In this document: piece after piece, positions 9,194-18,964 of the stretch
Layout of the letters: every line of letters begins with the position of its first letter
Position numbering within the stretch: position 1 is the first letter of the stretch
Assembly: GCA_030600545.1 (NCBI GenBank)
Contig: JAUVLV010000002.1
Span: 241-64,240, forward strand
Length of the DNA stretch: 64,000 bases
Direction of reading: 5' to 3'
Origin: Candidatus Aegiribacteria sp.
Lineage (GTDB): Bacteria > Fermentibacterota > Fermentibacteria > Fermentibacterales > JCC-6
Position numbers and translations under genes: made by a program
The notes under the pieces: model-generated
Database searches by the model: none
The model's input: the letters and a program-made list of their open reading frames with translations, nothing else
What the model was told of the DNA's origin: nothing

Positions 9194-9948
9194 ATCCGGA
9201 AGTACTTCTCTGGGAGCGATATGGTCCTCTGTTTTCGCTTGAGGAGGGAGAAATCTACCCTCCTGACATGATGGAGATCCGGTTCTACCAGAATTTTCGA
9301 AAAAAGCATCCCGGGAAGTGCATGGAACTCGGAGCCGGTGATGGAAGGCTTACAGGATATCTTGATGACGGTTCACATGTCATTGCCCTTGAACCTTCCG
9401 CCTCGATGCTGAATTCATGGCCGACAGGAATGTATCAGCGGATATCTCGCATAAGGGCCATCGCGCAGAACATACCTTTGAGAAATGCATCGCTGGACCT
9501 TATCCTGTTTCCATATAACGGTATACACTGTATTCTTGACAGAGATGAAAGAAAGCTGGCATTCAGGGAGATAGCCGCAGTGTTGAAACCCGGAGGGGAA
9601 TTCTTTGCTGAAACCTGTCCAGCATTTCACATTCGTGAGCAGGAAACCAGGAAAGAGAGATACGATTACAATGAATCGGGTACTTCACTAAGGCTTGTGG
9701 AATCGGTAAGCCATGACCGGGAAAAGGGTCTGATAGTATTCGATATGGAGTACTCAGGTTCTGCTGTAGTTGAAAAAAATATTAATATAAGGCTTGAGCT
9801 GGCTCTTATATCAGCTTCAGAGCTGCTTCAGGATATCAGGAATGAAGGTATGAAAATTACTGGAATCTGGGGTGATTACGATCTATCTCCCTGGGATGCG
9901 GATTGTTCACCAAGGCTTTTGGTACTGGCCGAGAGGGATGAAAAATGA
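9190..9948 (+). CDS. Class I SAM-dependent methyltransferase
   Basis: The SAM motif is CMELGAGDGRLTGYL and motif post-II is LKPGGEFF. It overlaps both neighbours by 4 nt. Confidence 0.65.
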   Translation: MNPEVLLWERYGPLFSLEEGEIYPPDMMEIRFYQNFRKKHPGKCMELGAGDGRLTGYLDDGSHVIALEPSASMLNSWPTGMYQRISRIRAIAQNIPLRNASLDLILFPYNGIHCILDRDERKLAFREIAAVLKPGGEFFAETCPAFHIREQETRKERYDYNESGTSLRLVESVSHDREKGLIVFDMEYSGSAVVEKNINIRLELALISASELLQDIRNEGMKITGIWGDYDLSPWDADCSPRLLVLAERDEK

Positions 9949-12900
9949 CTTTTCTAATCAACATGCTGGTTATCGGTTTGATTTCTGTTGGAATGTCCGA
10001 TATCAGGGAGCCCTGTCCATCCCCCGGCGGCGAGACAACCGTATTCTGTTTCAGAGGAGATATCTGGGAGGCCTCTCTGTCAGGAGGTATCATGAGATGC
10101 CTTGTGCCCGGAGAAAGCACGGAGACATCACCCTGTTATTCTCCCGATGGTCACTTCATAGCCTTCACCAGCGGAAGGACCGGGGGCGGAGACGTGTACG
10201 TCATGGATGCTTCAGGCGGTATTTCAACCCGGCTGACCTATCATGCAGGTTTGGACAGAGTCCTATGCTGGAATGCAACATCCGACAGTGTCTATTTCCA
10301 ATCATCCAGAGAAGGAGGAAACTCATGGGTTTATTCCGTCCCGGTGACCGGTGGCACTCCATCTTCCGTCGCAAGGGTTGAAACTGAGAATATGTGCCTG
10401 CTGCCAGGCGGCATGGCAATTGAGAGAGGGTTCACTAATTGGTGGCGGAAGCATTACAGTGGTTCAGCCTCCAGAAAGATCTGGACAGGTTCTGGAACCG
10501 ATTGGGAACTGCTTGTTGATTCGGAACTTGATTCCCGCTGGCCGATGTATTCATCTTTAATAGATGAAATACTATTTGTCAGAGAGGACTCGGAAGGACA
10601 TGCCGCAATATGGGGTATGCGGTCGGGGGGAGAGCCTCTGCAGAGAACATTCCTTACCGAAGGTGATATAACATTTCCCGCAATTAACTCGAGTGGCGAA
10701 ACCATCACCTTTGAACTCAACGGTGGACTCTGCTGTATGAGTGTTCCCGAATGGTCCATATCCAAAGTTCCGCTGATTCCCGGGTCGGATTTCCCGTTTC
10801 CCCTTGAGTATGGAGAATCGGTTGGTTTTTCCACCGACTGTTTCGATATAGATTCATCGGGAACACAGGTTGCTGTCGTAGGGACGGGAGACCTCTTCGC
10901 AGGAACACTGGAAGATGGAAGTATGGAAAATCTGGTTCAGGTTTACGCAGGCGCCTGGCGAGCCAGTGATCCTGTCTGGAGCCCTGATGGCAAAATCCTG
11001 GTATTCACACTGGAACATGATGGCGTTGTCCAGCTTGCTCGGAGTTTTCCGGATCATCTGGATTCCCTTCTGGTGGACTCCACATTCCCTGAGATTGATG
11101 TACTTTCCACCAGTTCTGATGTGGCATGCAAACCCGAATGGTCGCCTGATGGAGAACGGGTATCCTATCTCGACCATGATTGCAGGCTTCATGTTTTCAA
11201 TGTACTGACAGGGCACGATACAGTGATATGTGATACTCCGGATATAATTCACCATTCCTGGTCCCCCGACGGCAGGTGGCTTGCTTTCAGCGTACCGGTT
11301 CTTGCGCACAGGGAGGAGATTTATATTGTCCCCTCGGATGGCGGGGAACCACACAATATAAGCAGACATCCAAACGATGATTTCCAGCCCTTCTGGCCCT
11401 CCGACGGGCGCAGAATCCTCTACGCGAGCAGGACGGATGATGGTGATTATTCAATAAAGCAGGTCTGGTTCTCAAGGGAAGCATGGGATGGTGATAGTGA
11501 TGCTCGCGAAGAGCTCCTGGATGAACCGGTGTCCATGATTGATATAGAATGGGACGGTCTTCAGCGGAGAACTGAAACGCTTTGTACTGTGGAAGGTTAT
11601 TACGATTTCTATGGAGCTTCTCCAGACGGCAGGATCATCGCATTCCCCGGGTGGGATGACAAGGACAGAATGGATCTCTGGACAGTTGACTGGAAGGGAG
11701 AATCACTCCAGAGAGTCACTTTTTCAGGGGAGTTTCCCCGAGAAATCCTTGTAAATAACGAAGGTGATATCTACTATATATCCGTCAGCGGTTCCCTGCG
11801 GAAAGCATCAGCCGATATGGCTATAAGCAGCACACTTGGATGGCATATGCCGGTATGGCGATCCATAACCGAGATACAGGCCCAGAAATTTGATGAAGCA
11901 TGGAGACTGCTGCGAGACAATTTCTACGATCCGGATATGCATGAGGTAAACTGGGATTCTATGAGGACGATGTACAGAGAAAGAACTGTATCCAGCGTTA
12001 TAAACGAGGACTTCGATGATGTTGTAAGGAGAATGCTGGGAGAGCTGTCCGCTTCCCATCTGGGAATATACGGGCCCTGGCATTTTGATTCTTCTCCAGC
12101 TTCGGGTTCGATCGGCATCATACCCGATTACAGCTGGGCAGGACCCGGCATTCTTGTGGACAGTGTAATTCCCTATTCCCCCGCGGACCTTGAGGATTCG
12201 CATCTTTTTCCAGGAGATATCATTCTCTCAGTTCAGGGAATGAATGTTGGTCCTGAGGACAACCTTTACAGAGCACTGCTTCAAAGAAGGAATCGAATAA
12301 CGGAATTTCTGGTCAGGCGCGGTAGAGATCTTCTTGATATAGACATTGAACCCATTTCCATATGGGATATCCGGAGACTCATCTACGATGAGTGGATTGA
12401 AAGCAACAGAAGAGAAGTTGCCGGGCTTACAAATGGGAGGGTTGGCTATCTTCATATACCCTCTATGAGCAACAGCAGTGTGGAGAATTTCCTTGTTGAC
12501 CTGTTTGCGGAGGGTCTCGGAAGTGATGGTATGATAATCGATATCCGCAACAACGGAGGTGGAAGCACGCACGATGAAATAATCCGGGAACTGGGACGTC
12601 CGATATACATGTTCTCAACTAACAGGTACGGGAATATTACCTTTGAACCTCTTGGAGTCTGGCAGAAACCCCTTGTACTTATCATAAACGAGAGGTGTTA
12701 TTCCGACGGTGAGATATTCCCGGCCGGATGGAAACAACTGGACCTTGGCCCGGTCGTGGGCGAAACTACCTTTGGCGCTGTGATTGGAACATCCAATGTG
12801 ACCCTTGTAGACGGCACCGGTTTCAGAGTACCTTCAACAGGCTGGTATACGCTTACGGGAGAGAACCTTGAGAACAGCGGCGTTGAACCTGATATTCATG

Positions 12901-12983
12901 TGCCTGAGCTTCCCGCCGATGCCGGGCAGAACATCGACAGACAATTAGAGGCTGCCGCTGCGGCGATTATGGAGCTTATATAA
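9945..12983 (+). CDS. Tricorn-like protease (TolB-type beta-propellers, PDZ and S41 peptidase domain)
   Basis: Repeated SPDG/WSPDG propeller motifs are present (YSPDGHFIAF, WSPDGKILVF, WSPDGERVSY, WSPDGRWLAF). The S41 core is IIDIRNNGGGS ... CYSDGEIF. Length is 1012 aa, with an N-terminal hydrophobic anchor. Confidence 0.75.
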   Translation: MTFLINMLVIGLISVGMSDIREPCPSPGGETTVFCFRGDIWEASLSGGIMRCLVPGESTETSPCYSPDGHFIAFTSGRTGGGDVYVMDASGGISTRLTYHAGLDRVLCWNATSDSVYFQSSREGGNSWVYSVPVTGGTPSSVARVETENMCLLPGGMAIERGFTNWWRKHYSGSASRKIWTGSGTDWELLVDSELDSRWPMYSSLIDEILFVREDSEGHAAIWGMRSGGEPLQRTFLTEGDITFPAINSSGETITFELNGGLCCMSVPEWSISKVPLIPGSDFPFPLEYGESVGFSTDCFDIDSSGTQVAVVGTGDLFAGTLEDGSMENLVQVYAGAWRASDPVWSPDGKILVFTLEHDGVVQLARSFPDHLDSLLVDSTFPEIDVLSTSSDVACKPEWSPDGERVSYLDHDCRLHVFNVLTGHDTVICDTPDIIHHSWSPDGRWLAFSVPVLAHREEIYIVPSDGGEPHNISRHPNDDFQPFWPSDGRRILYASRTDDGDYSIKQVWFSREAWDGDSDAREELLDEPVSMIDIEWDGLQRRTETLCTVEGYYDFYGASPDGRIIAFPGWDDKDRMDLWTVDWKGESLQRVTFSGEFPREILVNNEGDIYYISVSGSLRKASADMAISSTLGWHMPVWRSITEIQAQKFDEAWRLLRDNFYDPDMHEVNWDSMRTMYRERTVSSVINEDFDDVVRRMLGELSASHLGIYGPWHFDSSPASGSIGIIPDYSWAGPGILVDSVIPYSPADLEDSHLFPGDIILSVQGMNVGPEDNLYRALLQRRNRITEFLVRRGRDLLDIDIEPISIWDIRRLIYDEWIESNRREVAGLTNGRVGYLHIPSMSNSSVENFLVDLFAEGLGSDGMIIDIRNNGGGSTHDEIIRELGRPIYMFSTNRYGNITFEPLGVWQKPLVLIINERCYSDGEIFPAGWKQLDLGPVVGETTFGAVIGTSNVTLVDGTGFRVPSTGWYTLTGENLENSGVEPDIHVPELPADAGQNIDRQLEAAAAAIMELI

Positions 12984-13070
12984 CACTGAGGGGTGTTTTC
13001 CGACTCAACCTGTATGTATCTTTGCCGGGTTGATTGTTCGATAATAAATCTTGATCGAAGGGAGTAACGG

Positions 13071-14258
13071 ATGAAGAGGACTGTAGTAACAATGCCTGGA
13101 GATGGTATTGGAGGCGCAGTGCTTGATGAAGCTCTTAGAGTTCTTGAAGCTGTCGGATTCGAGGCTGATTACGTTCATGCGGATATAGGATGGGAATTCT
13201 GGAAGAGGGAAGGGAATCCCCTCCCGGACCGGACAATAGATCTGCTTGAGAAACACAGGATTGCATTATTTGGAGCCATTACCTCCAAGCCCAAGGACAA
13301 AGCTCTGGCCGCTCTTGATCCTTCCCTTAGAGACAAAGGGCTTGTCTATTACAGCCCGATAGTCGCCATGCGGCAGCACTTCAATCTGGACATTTGTATA
13401 AGACCATGCAAAGCTTTCAAGGGCAATCCTCTCAACTTCATCCGCAGGGGGCCTGAAAACACGATAGAGGAGCCACCGGTTGATGTGGTGATTTTCAGGC
13501 AGAATACGGAAGGGCTTTACGGTGGTGTGGAGTGGACCGACCCTCCGGACAACGTGTACGATGCTCTTATGAGCCATCCGAAATTCAAGAAGAACTTCGC
13601 CGATGTTCCAAGGGAGGATCTTGCTGTTTCCACCCGGATCTTCTCCAGAAATGCCTGCAGAAGGATTCTCAAGGCTGCATTTGAGCACGCGGACAAATTC
13701 GGCTACAAGAGCGTTACCATATGTGAGAAACCCAATGTTATCCGCGAATCAAGCGGTATGATGAGGGAAGAGGGAAGAAAAATTTCAGAGAAATATCCTC
13801 AGATAGATCTCTGGGAGACGAACATCGATGCTCAGATGATGTGGCTTACCAAGAATCCCGAGAATTATGGAGTGCTCGTCTCCGGGAACATGTTCGGCGA
13901 TATCGTATCCGACGGATTCGCCGGGCTTGTGGGAGGCCTCGGATTTGCCTGCAGCGCCAATATCGGCGAGGAAGTATCGGTCTTCGAGCCTACACACGGA
14001 TCGGCTCCAAAGTATGCGGATTATAAGGTTTCAATTGTAAATCCTATAGCAATGATACTCTCTGCCTGCATGATGCTTGACCATCTTGGTGAGACGGAAA
14101 AGGCCACAAGGATCAGGAAAGCCGTTGAAATCGTAATAGCCGAAGGGAAAGTACGCAGCTACGATATGCTGAAACTGAAGGGATCTCCGGATGTTCTTGA
14201 GAACGGTGCCGCGAGCACAGCTGAAGTGACCGATGCCATTATCAGGGCAATGAACTGA
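13071..14258 (+). CDS. Isocitrate/isopropylmalate dehydrogenase family protein
   Basis: The N-terminus is MPGDGIGGAVLDEALRVL and the family signature is NMFGDIVSDGFAGLVGGLGFACSANIG. I could not decide the substrate (isocitrate, homoisocitrate or IPM) by eye. Confidence 0.8.
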   Translation: MKRTVVTMPGDGIGGAVLDEALRVLEAVGFEADYVHADIGWEFWKREGNPLPDRTIDLLEKHRIALFGAITSKPKDKALAALDPSLRDKGLVYYSPIVAMRQHFNLDICIRPCKAFKGNPLNFIRRGPENTIEEPPVDVVIFRQNTEGLYGGVEWTDPPDNVYDALMSHPKFKKNFADVPREDLAVSTRIFSRNACRRILKAAFEHADKFGYKSVTICEKPNVIRESSGMMREEGRKISEKYPQIDLWETNIDAQMMWLTKNPENYGVLVSGNMFGDIVSDGFAGLVGGLGFACSANIGEEVSVFEPTHGSAPKYADYKVSIVNPIAMILSACMMLDHLGETEKATRIRKAVEIVIAEGKVRSYDMLKLKGSPDVLENGAASTAEVTDAIIRAMN

Positions 14259-14357
14259 TCGGATTTAGTCCAGATAAAACTTGAGTTTCAGGAACAGTGA
14301 GCTGAGTTTCAGCTATATCGGGCAGGTAAGCCTCTGAATTTAGCGAAAGGAAAAGCA

Positions 14358-14834
14358 TTGAGGAAATTTTTACCCCTGTTGCTGGTTGTTCTGGCTGGCG
14401 TCGTTATATCTAACGAGCCCGGCGATGCATTTGAGAATCTGATGGATGCCTTCTACGAGGGTGATGCCTGTGCTTTTGAAGCTGGTCTTTCTTCGAATTC
14501 AATCGATTTGATTAACATGATGCTGCTGATGATTAAGTTGCAGCCTGATCAGGCTGCAGCCGAGCTCTCAGCGGAGTTCCAGATAGCACTGACCGGCGAA
14601 GAGCTGGTAAACTGGACATCCACTGATTTAATCAACGCTCTCATTAATGCGCCGGGTATTACCGACGGGTTTCCTCCAAGAGAAGATATAGAGGTCTCCG
14701 GTTCTGATATACAGGGTGACACCAGCACCGTATTCCTGAAAGTGACCGACTATCCCGAAGAGATTGAGGTTGCTATGATACGTGAAGGGAGCGACTGGAA
14801 GCTTGGAGAAAGTATGCTGCAATCGGAACTATAG
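14358..14834 (+). CDS. Secreted hypothetical protein (small NTF2/DUF4878-like C-terminus)
   Basis: It has a signal-peptide-like N-terminus (MRKFLPLLLVVLAGVVIS) and the C-terminus GDTSTVFLKVTDYPEEIEVAMIREGSDWKLG. It starts at TTG, preceded by AAAGGA. Confidence 0.5.
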   Translation: MRKFLPLLLVVLAGVVISNEPGDAFENLMDAFYEGDACAFEAGLSSNSIDLINMMLLMIKLQPDQAAAELSAEFQIALTGEELVNWTSTDLINALINAPGITDGFPPREDIEVSGSDIQGDTSTVFLKVTDYPEEIEVAMIREGSDWKLGESMLQSEL

Positions 14835-14875
14835 TATTAATTTGTTTGTAATAGATGATATGAGAAGGGTTATTC

Positions 14876-15475
14876 ATGAAAGACAGGATTGAGGAGCTTT
14901 TCAGAGAGCAGCTTGATAAAATAGGTGACACTGAACTCAGGCGGAAGACCGTTGAAATCTGGACTGCGGCTGCAGAAGAAGGTGGGTGGAAGACGGTTGA
15001 TCTGGAGAAAATCCCTTTCACGCTTCTTACCGACACGCATGGGATCAATCTTATTCAGCACACAATAGCTGTAACCGAAGGTGCCCTGGGTCTTGCCCGG
15101 GCAATACAGTCCAGCTGTAAGCTGCCGTTTGAGATAGACTATGATATACTGGTTGCGGGCGGACTTCTTCACGATGTGGGAAAACTGCTGGAAATTGAGC
15201 GTACCAAGGATGGCTATGCAAAGAGCCTTCAAGGTAAATACGCGAGACATCCCATATCGGGAGCGATACTTGCTTCCCGGTTCGATATGCCTATGGCTAT
15301 AATCAATATGATCGGGTGCCATGCGAAGGAGGGTGAGGGAAGACCCCAGAGGGTGGAGACTGTTCTGATCCACCAGGCTGATTTTGCAACGTTCAACCCC
15401 ATGGTCATGCTCCAGAAAGGCCTCCTGATTCAGGGGGACGTACCACACTTCTTCAACTTGTGCAACAGGATATAA
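14876..15475 (+). CDS. HD-domain phosphohydrolase
   Basis: The HD motif is H...GGLLHDVGKLLE. The antisense ORF at 14870..15448 has no recognisable motif. Confidence 0.7.
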   Translation: MKDRIEELFREQLDKIGDTELRRKTVEIWTAAAEEGGWKTVDLEKIPFTLLTDTHGINLIQHTIAVTEGALGLARAIQSSCKLPFEIDYDILVAGGLLHDVGKLLEIERTKDGYAKSLQGKYARHPISGAILASRFDMPMAIINMIGCHAKEGEGRPQRVETVLIHQADFATFNPMVMLQKGLLIQGDVPHFFNLCNRI

Positions 15476-15630
15476 TTGAATAAATCAATAAATATTCATT
15501 TATTGCATAAAATTGCATAATTGAGTAATAACAGTTTTTCGAATAATGTTGCGTAAACTTGAGTTTTTTAACAAGTTATATAATGACAATTTATTATACA
15601 ATATGTAAATTTGTAAGTGTCGCAAGTTAA

Positions 15631-15676
15631 GTCCGGTCCCTGATGCCGTCCGGCCCCTGATGCTGGCTCCTGATGT
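15631..15676 (+). repeat. Tandem 17-nt direct repeat (GTCCGGYCCCTGATGCY x2) plus a partial third copy (CCTGATG)
   Basis: The copies lie at 15631-15647 and 15648-15664, with the partial copy at 15668-15676. The block is GC-rich within an AT-rich 320-nt intergenic region and abuts a TTGACT hexamer. Confidence 0.6.
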
Positions 15677-15704
15677 TGACTTGTTCGTGTCTGGGAACTA
15701 TTTA
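15676..15704 (+). promoter_or_regulatory. Candidate sigma-70 promoter of the C25 protease gene
   Basis: TTGACT (15676-15681), a 17-nt spacer and TATTTA (15699-15704). This would give a ~90-nt leader. Confidence 0.35.
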
Positions 15705-15797
15705 TGATTATCTTAAGTTATACCTTACAGAAATTCTGGATCGTGGATCATTTTAACATGTATACATTATAAATCGCAGAATCCCAGGAGGTTCAAA

Positions 15798-18047
15798 ATG
15801 CTGAAAGTTCTTATCATTCCAATACTGCTGATAGCTTTTACGGCAAACGCCGAAGTAGTATACCGCAGCGGAGATTATGCGGAATCTGCTGAATACCTTG
15901 GTACGGATGGTGAAGGTATTCTTGTTGATTTCACCCTTCCAGCCCTTACAGCGGAAACCAGAATCGTTGAAGAATTCGGTTCCGGAACCGTTCTGAGAAT
16001 CCCGGAAGAAGGAATGGGCATGCCTGTGGGAAGCCCTGACCTGCCGGTTATCAGAAGAATGGTTCTTATTCCCAATACCGGTGATGTCAGTGTCGAGATC
16101 GTATCATCGGAATCCTCGCCCCTCGGGATCTACAGCATTCCTCCATTTCAGGAATACCCGACCAGGAGCGGTGGACCGGCACCTTACAGGATCAACGATG
16201 ATGTCTATTCAAATTCGGAATTCTACCCATCGCAATCTGTTGTTGTAGAAAGGGTAAGCATCCTCAGGGATATCAGAGTCGCATGGGTACGTTTCTCGCC
16301 TGTCCAGTACAATCCTGTTACGGGCGAGACTATAATTAACACGAACGTAACCATTCGCCTTACGACTGAAGGTGTTGGCGAGAACGAGATCCATAGACCT
16401 TTCTACGGATATACTCGAAGCTATTTGCCAGTTTATGAAGAAGTCCTGGGATTCGAACCCATGGGTACCGATGTTATCGATGGATCTTACCTTGTTATAG
16501 GAACTGAAGAGAGCATCGGCTACGCTCAGGACCTTATCGACTGGAAAAGACAGACCGGCCTGGATGTACAGTACGGAGTGGTACCTGACATCGGAAGCAC
16601 AGCAACAGAGATAGACGCCTGGATCGAAACTGCCTACAGCAGCTGGCCGAATACTCCCGAATGGATCCTTATTGTCGGTGACGAAAACGTTGTCCCGCCT
16701 CCATATGCAAGCGGAACAGAAGCTGACAACCAGTACGGTGTTATCGGCATCGGTGTTGATCCAAGTATTCATGTTGGAAGAATCTGCGGTGATACCGATT
16801 CTCTGCCGTACCAGTGCTGGAAGATCGAAAGCTACGAGAACGATCCTTTTGAACCTGCAGCAAGCTGGTTTCAGCATACCATAAGCATCGGTTCTTACTC
16901 AAGCAGTACGCCAAATGACCCTTGGATGGCTTACAGGTTTTACGAAATATTCATGAGCCATGGTATGCCAACCACTCTTTATACCGAGAATGGTTCATTC
17001 GGTGGTATCATTCCAACAAAAGCTCATGTAACCGATGAGGTTAACGGAGGGCTGTCTCTCCTGAGCTACATTGGTCACGGAAGCCATACATCCTGGGGAA
17101 CCACCGGATTCAGCAACAGTGATGTAGCAGCGCTATCCAACGGCCGCAGACTACCCTGGATAAGTTCAATTGCATGTTCAAACTGTGAATTCGATGATAG
17201 TAACCCATGCTTCGGTGAAGCATGGATGAACGAGGGTAGTATAAGTTCTCCCAAGGGAGCTGTAGGTTTCATGGGAGCAACAATGGGTAGCCCGATTGGA
17301 CCAACAGATTCTCTGGAATTGTACCAGTTCAGAGGTTACTTTGAAGAGGAAATGTACCATATGGGAGCGGCCTTCGATTATGGTAAAATCATGGCTTATT
17401 ACTATACGGGAAACACCAGCAACAGCAATATGCACATGATAATGGGCTGCCCGGAATTCGATATCTACACCGATTCATCACCTCTTGTACACCTGGTTGG
17501 TGACCATCCCTCAACAATAGTGGAGGGAAGTTTTGCTGTTACAGTTACAGCAGGGAGCGTATCTGTTAAAGGCGCAATGGTCGGTGTTGTTCAGGATACA
17601 ACACTTCTTCAGAGCGGCTATACGAATGCATCAGGTGTTGCGAACCTGACTATACCAACCATCCCCGGAGAAGAATTGGTAACAATTACCTGCACAGTCC
17701 ATAACCTTTACCCATACGTGGGCTCCGCGATTGTTTCTACTGAAATAGAGGATGGACCGGACGCGGTGTATGATTTCTCGCTTGCCGCTCCAAGCCCGAA
17801 CCCGTTTGCAGTATCATCAGTATTCACTTACACTCTTGCTTCTTCCGGAACAGCATCACTTGATGTTTACGATGTATCCGGAAGGATTGTACGGAATCTG
17901 GTTTCCGAGGAACATCTCTCCGGTACACACTCCGTTACATGGGCTGGTGACAACTCAGATGGATCACCAATTCCCGGTGGGATCTACCTTCTGAGGCTTA
18001 CTTCAGGAGGAGAAGCTGTGGTTCGATCCTGTGTGGTCATCAGATAG
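15798..18047 (+). CDS. Peptidase C25 (gingipain-like cysteine protease) with a T9SS-type C-terminal sorting domain
   Basis: It has a signal peptide, a catalytic His region (LLSYIGHGSHTSWG) and a Cys region (WISSIACSNCEF). The C-terminal ~80 aa (PNPFAVSSVFTYTL...LDVYDVSGRIVRNL...GGIYLLRL) match the Por/T9SS CTD pattern. A strong SD (AGGAGG) precedes the start. Confidence 0.8.
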   Translation: MLKVLIIPILLIAFTANAEVVYRSGDYAESAEYLGTDGEGILVDFTLPALTAETRIVEEFGSGTVLRIPEEGMGMPVGSPDLPVIRRMVLIPNTGDVSVEIVSSESSPLGIYSIPPFQEYPTRSGGPAPYRINDDVYSNSEFYPSQSVVVERVSILRDIRVAWVRFSPVQYNPVTGETIINTNVTIRLTTEGVGENEIHRPFYGYTRSYLPVYEEVLGFEPMGTDVIDGSYLVIGTEESIGYAQDLIDWKRQTGLDVQYGVVPDIGSTATEIDAWIETAYSSWPNTPEWILIVGDENVVPPPYASGTEADNQYGVIGIGVDPSIHVGRICGDTDSLPYQCWKIESYENDPFEPAASWFQHTISIGSYSSSTPNDPWMAYRFYEIFMSHGMPTTLYTENGSFGGIIPTKAHVTDEVNGGLSLLSYIGHGSHTSWGTTGFSNSDVAALSNGRRLPWISSIACSNCEFDDSNPCFGEAWMNEGSISSPKGAVGFMGATMGSPIGPTDSLELYQFRGYFEEEMYHMGAAFDYGKIMAYYYTGNTSNSNMHMIMGCPEFDIYTDSSPLVHLVGDHPSTIVEGSFAVTVTAGSVSVKGAMVGVVQDTTLLQSGYTNASGVANLTIPTIPGEELVTITCTVHNLYPYVGSAIVSTEIEDGPDAVYDFSLAAPSPNPFAVSSVFTYTLASSGTASLDVYDVSGRIVRNLVSEEHLSGTHSVTWAGDNSDGSPIPGGIYLLRLTSGGEAVVRSCVVIR

Positions 18048-18070
18048 ATAACTGAGAACAAATTATAAGA

Positions 18071-18100
18071 GGGGTATGCTTTTAAGGTGTACCCCTTTTC
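18071..18100 (+). terminator. Rho-independent terminator after the C25 protease gene
   Basis: GGGGTA ... TACCCC stem followed by TTTTCTT, 24 nt after the stop codon. Confidence 0.6.
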
Positions 18101-18119
18101 TTCAGGTACTTTCCGCATG

Positions 18120-18149
18120 TTGACGTATAGTACTCCGAATCACTAGATT
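18120..18149 (+). promoter_or_regulatory. Candidate sigma-70 promoter of rpsD
   Basis: TTGACG (18120-18125), an 18-nt spacer and TAGATT (18144-18149). This would give a ~120-nt leader. Confidence 0.4.
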
Positions 18150-18275
18150 TCAGCGTTGTTACAAATTGTGTCGAAGTATGGAGATGGCTGTCCAAGAACA
18201 GTTCACCGGCGGGTGTCCGGTGTTATCTTCATGCCACGATGAATTCGTGAGGCACAGAAAAATGGAGGTTGTTTA

Positions 18276-18884
18276 ATGTCAAGATATCGTGGTCCGAAGT
18301 TCCGTAAAATCAGATCTTTAGGGCCCCTGCCGGGGCTGACCAGAAGGGATCCTGCCAATCCGAATCCACCTGGAGAACATGGTGGCAGATGGCACAGAAG
18401 AAGAGCTTCGACGTACAGACTTCAGCTTATCGAAAAACAGAAGATCAGATTCAACTACGGCCTGTCTGAAAAACAGCTTCGGAAGTACTACAGAAAAGCT
18501 ACTTCAATGAAAGGTGAAACAGGCCATAACCTTCTTCAGCAGATCGAGCGAAGGCTGGATAATGTTGTCGCAAGGTCAGGTTTCACAAAATCCATACCTG
18601 CTGCCCGTCAGATTGTAGGACACGGCCACGTAACGGTTAACGGCAGGAAGCTGGATATCCCATCCTACTCTGTCAAGGTTGGTGATGTCATTTCACTGAA
18701 GGAGAAGAGCAAGAAGCTCAAGGTAATCGAGGAAAATATTACCGGGGGTTCCGGTATCGGAGTGCCTGCATATCTTGATGTTGACCCTGCTGCCAGAAAG
18801 ATAATAATGAAGGTTCTGCCCTCCCGGGAAGATGTTCCCCTTGAAGTAGACGAAACCATGGTTGTTGAGTTCTATTCGAAATAG
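18276..18884 (+). CDS. rpsD: 30S ribosomal protein S4
   Basis: The N-terminus is MSRYRGPKFRKIRSLG and an S4 RNA-binding domain follows (RLDNVVARSGFTKSIPAARQIVGHGHVTVNGRKLDIPSY). Length is 202 aa. Confidence 0.95.
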   Translation: MSRYRGPKFRKIRSLGPLPGLTRRDPANPNPPGEHGGRWHRRRASTYRLQLIEKQKIRFNYGLSEKQLRKYYRKATSMKGETGHNLLQQIERRLDNVVARSGFTKSIPAARQIVGHGHVTVNGRKLDIPSYSVKVGDVISLKEKSKKLKVIEENITGGSGIGVPAYLDVDPAARKIIMKVLPSREDVPLEVDETMVVEFYSK

Positions 18885-18901
18885 CCATTTCAGTATAAAA
18901 G

Positions 18902-18937
18902 AAAACCCGTGGAAAGCATTGCAATCCACGGGTTTTC
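18902..18937. terminator. Bidirectional rho-independent terminator between the convergent rpsD and lipoprotein genes
   Basis: AAAACCCGTGGA - 11-nt loop - TCCACGGGTTTT. The A/T runs on both sides allow it to work on either strand. Confidence 0.8.
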
Positions 18938-18964
18938 TGTTATTCAGAATTATTTGTTCAGTGT

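Noticed and set aside
12984-13010. A terminator after the tricorn-like gene (AACAC-TGAGGG-GTGTT followed by TT).
   Set aside because: The stem is only 5 bp and the U-tract is short, which is too weak to call.
16209-16877. A 222-aa ORF antisense to the C25 protease gene. Similar long antisense ORFs lie at 14870-15448, 25026-25523, 37037-37570, 46033-46509 and 62379-62894.
   Set aside because: Each lies entirely inside a sense gene that has clear family motifs. The translations are low-complexity or Arg/Ser/Pro-rich, have no motifs and have no SD. They are typical shadow ORFs.
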